Of a stretch of 63,252 nucleotides of DNA, positions 59,831-63,252 are shown piece after piece; the stretch's first letter is position 1, and each line of letters begins with the position of its first letter. The position numbers were made by a program, and so were the translations under genes. The stretch comes from Sulfuricaulis sp. Its GTDB lineage: Bacteria; Pseudomonadota; Gammaproteobacteria; Acidiferrobacterales; Sulfurifustaceae. Location: positions 1 through 63,252 of the forward strand of contig JANLIC010000007.1 in NCBI GenBank assembly GCA_024654125.1, read 5' to 3'. The notes under the pieces were generated by a model that made no database searches, was not told the DNA's origin, and worked only from the letters and a program-made list of their open reading frames with translations.

Positions 59831-60236
59831 GGTCTGACTTGAAGGTCTGCAATGGGTCGACTTGAGCCGGTTAAGTCAACTGAAACTGGACTTAACCGGC
59901 TGCCTGAAGGTCTGCTTTCTGGGGATTAGAACGCTCCAAATAGCGCGTTCGATCGGTTCCCGTTCTACCTCAAGAGAGGCAGCAAGGTTGGCGTGCCATT
60001 CTTTTTAGAGAAAGGCAGACTGACCTTGTTCGATTCCAACCGTCGGTACCAATGCAAGAAGGATAAGGATCTGCGGTCTGATCAGTCCACTTGATTACCA
60101 CCAGCCATGGATAGATTTCAGATACCCGTGGTAGTGCGGTTTCGAATTCGCGATGCTCAGGTAGCGATTTGAAATCGAGTAACCAGCATGACGTTCAAAC
60201 CGAATCCCTTTAGTGCGTTGTTCTGTAAGAGAAAAC

Positions 60237-60312
60237 GGGCGTCCCCAAGGAGATTCGAACTCCTGTCGCCGCCGTGAAAGGGCAGTGTCCTAGGCCTCTA
60301 GACGATGGGGAC
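60237..60312 (-). tRNA. tRNA-Glu(TTC), integration target; encoded 3' end is CCC, not CCA
   Basis: GTCCCCATCGTCTAGAGGCCTAGGACACTGCCCTTTCACGGCGGCGACAGGAGTTCGAATCTCCTTGGGGACGCC. Confidence 0.94.
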
Positions 60313-60371
60313 GGATGATCTGATTGAAAAAAAACATAAAGGGTTATCCGCACACCACCCCTTGTGTAAAT

Positions 60372-60447
<76 letters not shown>

Positions 60448-60489
60448 TTTTGCAAGGCGCGCTACTCTACATGCCCGTCCACCGGCGGG

Positions 60490-61905
60490 TCAAGCCGTAA
60501 CTGGTTGTATCCTTATATGTTCCAGTGCGGCATCGAGCCGTTCGAGTGTTTTATCGCGCCCCAAGAGAGTCAACGTCACATCAATCGGTGGAGAAATGGC
60601 GCGACCGGCGACGGCCACACGTAATGGTTGGGCAATTTTTCCGAGTTTGAGTCCCTGCGCCTCGGCCACACCACTGACCGCATCGTGAATCGTTGGGGCT
60701 TCCCACCTTGGCAGTGCCGCCAGCGATTCACGCAATTGGGTAAGTGGCTTCTCCACTTCCGGCTTCAAATGCGTCGCGGCATCCTTGGCGTCGTAGCTGT
60801 CGAAATTCCTGTAAAAAAAGGCGCTGTTAATCGCCATTTCTGCCAGCGTCTTCGCCCGCTCACGTTGTGCCTTCACCACTTCGATCAAGTCCGGCCCTTG
60901 GCTCGGATCGATGCCCAACTTTCCGAGGTGATGGCTCAGGTGATGCGCCACATGCTTGGGATCACCATCCTTTATATAGTGCTGGTTCAGCCACAGCAGC
61001 TTTTCCGGATTGAACGCCGCCGCTGAACTGTGCACCTGGGTGACATCGAACAACTTGATCATCTCGTCGATGGAAAAGATTTCCTGATCCCCGTGCGACC
61101 AGCCGAGGCGCACCAGATAGTTAAGCAGTGCCTCCGGTAGATAGCCATCATCGCGGTACTGCATAACGCTCACGGCGCCGTGACGCTTGGAAAGACGGGC
61201 GCCGTCGGGACCGAGAATCATCGGCACGTGCGCGTAAACCGGTGGAGTAAACCCGAGCGCCTTCAGCATATTCATCTGACGCGGCGTGTTGTTCAGGTGG
61301 TCGTCACCGCGAATGACGTGAGAGATGTTCATATCCATGTCATCCACCACCACGGTGAAATTGTAGGTGGGAGAGCCGTCACCGCGTGCGATGATCAGAT
61401 CGTCCAATTCGCTGTTCTGGAACACCACGCGTCCGCGAATGATGTCTTCCACCACCACGACCCCGTCATGCGGATTCTTGAACCGCACGACCGGCATCAC
61501 CCCGGCAGGCGGATTTGCCACACCCTGGCGACATTTACCGTTGTAACGCGGCTTTTCTTTACGTGCCATCTGCTCCGTGCGCAGAATCTCCAGGCGTTCC
61601 TTCGAGCAATAGCAATGATAGGCCTGCCCATCCTTGAGCATCTGCCGTATAACTTCCTGGTAGCGTGGGAAGCGCTGGGTCTGGAAAAACGGGCCTTCGT
61701 CGTATTCCAGTCCCAGCCAGGTCATGCCCTGCAGGATGGCGTCCACCGATTCGGCCGTGGAGCGCTCCAGGTCGGTGTCCTCGATACGCAGAATGAATGT
61801 GCCACCGTGCTGGCGCGCATACAACCAGGAAAACAGCGCGGTGCGCGCACCACCCACGTGCAGGTAACCGGTAGGGCTCGGGGCAAATCGTGTGCGGATG
61901 GTCAC
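60490..61905 (-). CDS. gltX: Glutamate--tRNA ligase
   Basis: [33 protein letters not shown]; GTG start. Confidence 0.97.
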   Translation of the reverse strand: MTIRTRFAPSPTGYLHVGGARTALFSWLYARQHGGTFILRIEDTDLERSTAESVDAILQGMTWLGLEYDEGPFFQTQRFPRYQEVIRQMLKDGQAYHCYCSKERLEILRTEQMARKEKPRYNGKCRQGVANPPAGVMPVVRFKNPHDGVVVVEDIIRGRVVFQNSELDDLIIARGDGSPTYNFTVVVDDMDMNISHVIRGDDHLNNTPRQMNMLKALGFTPPVYAHVPMILGPDGARLSKRHGAVSVMQYRDDGYLPEALLNYLVRLGWSHGDQEIFSIDEMIKLFDVTQVHSSAAAFNPEKLLWLNQHYIKDGDPKHVAHHLSHHLGKLGIDPSQGPDLIEVVKAQRERAKTLAEMAINSAFFYRNFDSYDAKDAATHLKPEVEKPLTQLRESLAALPRWEAPTIHDAVSGVAEAQGLKLGKIAQPLRVAVAGRAISPPIDVTLTLLGRDKTLERLDAALEHIRIQPVTA

Positions 61906-62022
61906 GAAGATAATTTTCGGGTTGGAGACGTAGGCTATGGTAAAGAAAATCAGCGCCAATTTCAGCTGAATTGACGCTCATTCCCCGCAGGCAGTAAACT
62001 TCTTCGCTCGTTTTCCCCTACG

Positions 62023-62097
62023 GGGCGATTAGCTCAGCGGTAGAGCACTGCCTTCACACGGCAGGGGTCGCAGGTTCGAACCCTGCATCGCCCACCA
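62023..62097 (+). tRNA. tRNA-Val(CAC)
   Basis: GGGCGATTAGCTCAGCGGTAGAGCACTGCCTTCACACGGCAGGGGTCGCAGGTTCGAACCCTGCATCGCCCACCA. Confidence 0.95.
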
Positions 62098-62124
62098 TAT
62101 TCCCTTCCGCGTTTACCGGATTGG

Positions 62125-62844
62125 CTATAACTTTAATCGACTGGCAACGTGCCTAGCCACTGAATTTGCGCCTTCTTTCAGGCCATGCATCGCCTTTTCC
62201 TTCTCGGTCATCAGCGCGTCAAAATCCTGGAAGTAATACTGCTTGTCGGCCGGCAGTTCCGTGGCTGACATGAAGGGGTTGTGATAGCCGAACAGAACCT
62301 GCTCGGAATAAATGACGCTCTTGCTGCCAGCCGACACCAGACGCAAATCCATCTGCACGTGCGGCCAGAAATCACGATCCATCATGTTTACGGTTGCGTA
62401 GCCGACTGAACGTATGCCCACATCGAGAATCGCATCGGCCCCGGCGGTCGACACTTTCGAATAGTCCTCAATCAACTTGAGCGGCGATTCGCGTTTCACG
62501 CCGACGGCAACCACGTTATAACCCTGTTCCCTAAGATAACGCGTCAGGCGCGTCATCATTTCCTTGCTGAAATCGAAGTGGGTGGTCTTGATGGCTTCAT
62601 TGAATTTCTCGGTGGCGCTCGCGGCTTTGGCTCCGGCCACCGCCCCTCCGATGGCTCCAAAGGCTACCGTCGGGCTGCCGTAGTTCATGATTTGATATTT
62701 CACCGGGTTCGACACGCTCAGAATGGCAATGGTCTTGATGGGCGCTTTGCCTGTCTTGAATTCCTGGTAGGAAACACCCGTCGCGCAACCCGAAATCGTC
62801 AGAATGGCGCTGAACAGTAACGACAGCTTGCTAAATACCTGCAT
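62125..62844 (-). CDS. Putative lipoprotein
   Basis: MQVFSKLSLLFSAILTISGC lipobox; glycine-zipper-like FGAIGGAVAG. Confidence 0.7.
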   Translation of the reverse strand: MQVFSKLSLLFSAILTISGCATGVSYQEFKTGKAPIKTIAILSVSNPVKYQIMNYGSPTVAFGAIGGAVAGAKAASATEKFNEAIKTTHFDFSKEMMTRLTRYLREQGYNVVAVGVKRESPLKLIEDYSKVSTAGADAILDVGIRSVGYATVNMMDRDFWPHVQMDLRLVSAGSKSVIYSEQVLFGYHNPFMSATELPADKQYYFQDFDALMTEKEKAMHGLKEGANSVARHVASRLKL

Positions 62845-62969
62845 GGACGCCCCTCTCTTGGTTCGTGCTCGATTGACATTCTTGAGCTTAGACGAGGCTT
62901 TACACACTGCAACTCGGGATTTAAAACCGGGTACGTGAGGAAACAGACGCGGACCATCTGACGGGAAAA

Positions 62970-63197
62970 TCAGGCCTCCCATTCCTCCAGTGGAGAACTG
63001 GGCTGGCGTTTCTCGCCGAGCAGGCGCTTGGCCTTGATTTCGTTCTCGGCGAATGACATGCGGAAGGCGTTAGGATTGCCCGGCGACTCGGCAATCCGCC
63101 GTTCGCGGCAGAGATCCTTCGCCTCCTGAAATTTCTCGCAGCTTTTGACAAGGCTCATTTGCTTGTCTGCGGATATCCGGAAAACGAAATAGGGCAT
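62970..63197 (-). CDS. Small hypothetical protein
   Basis: MPYFVFRI...FQEAK..CRERR...RMSFAENE.KAKRLL.EKR...EEWEA; protein-like composition. Confidence 0.6.
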   Translation of the reverse strand: MPYFVFRISADKQMSLVKSCEKFQEAKDLCRERRIAESPGNPNAFRMSFAENEIKAKRLLGEKRQPSSPLEEWEA

Positions 63198-63252
63198 GGT
63201 GTATTCCTGTGCGTTAGAATCCAAAACAAAAGAAAATTAGACAGGATTCACA

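Larger units (their letters stand above)
52426..60257. mobile_element. Genomic island B (soxB plus chromate resistance) at tRNA-Glu
   Basis: Bounded by a tRNA-Glu 3' fragment and the intact tRNA-Glu; both arms are homologous to those of element A. Confidence 0.72.

Noticed and set aside
22009-60257. tRNA-Glu-derived repeats considered as a CRISPR array or prophage att pair
   Set aside because: There is no regular repeat-spacer period, no cas genes and no phage structural genes.

Overview
Bacterial chromosome segment. The core gene order (cinA-recA-recX-alaS-lysC-csrA-tRNA-Ser-tRNA-Arg and gltX-tRNA-Ala-tRNA-Glu) points to a gammaproteobacterium; a Sulfuricaulis/Acidiferrobacterales-like sulfur oxidiser is my inference, not a verified assignment. 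The left part holds an AT-richer exopolysaccharide locus (wzc-like, wza, wcaJ), housekeeping genes and a c-di-GMP gene. The main feature is about 38 kb of cargo (about 22.0-60.2 kb) inserted at the 3' end of tRNA-Glu. It appears to be two tandem elements that share homologous left and right arms, and I see no integrase. Element A (about 22.0-52.2 kb) encodes a Tat-exported nitrite oxidoreductase/nitrate reductase of the Nitrospira/Nitrospina/anammox type (nxrA, nxrB, chaperone, two cytochrome c/heme-b-domain fusions, cupredoxin-like protein). It also carries a cytochrome bd-like protein with no CydB, small unannotated membrane peptides, a Cys-rich PAS-SARP regulator with a candidate operator repeated before all three operons, a UspA/radical-SAM/HemY module whose UspA and radical-SAM proteins carry repeated PCP_red domains, a broken bufferin (DUF2282/DUF692) locus, a GMC oxidoreductase pair and moaA. 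Element B (about 52.4-60.2 kb) carries an orphan soxB and a chromate-resistance operon (chrB, chrA, chrC, chrE, chrF, MFS). All family calls rest on motif recognition; no database searches were run.
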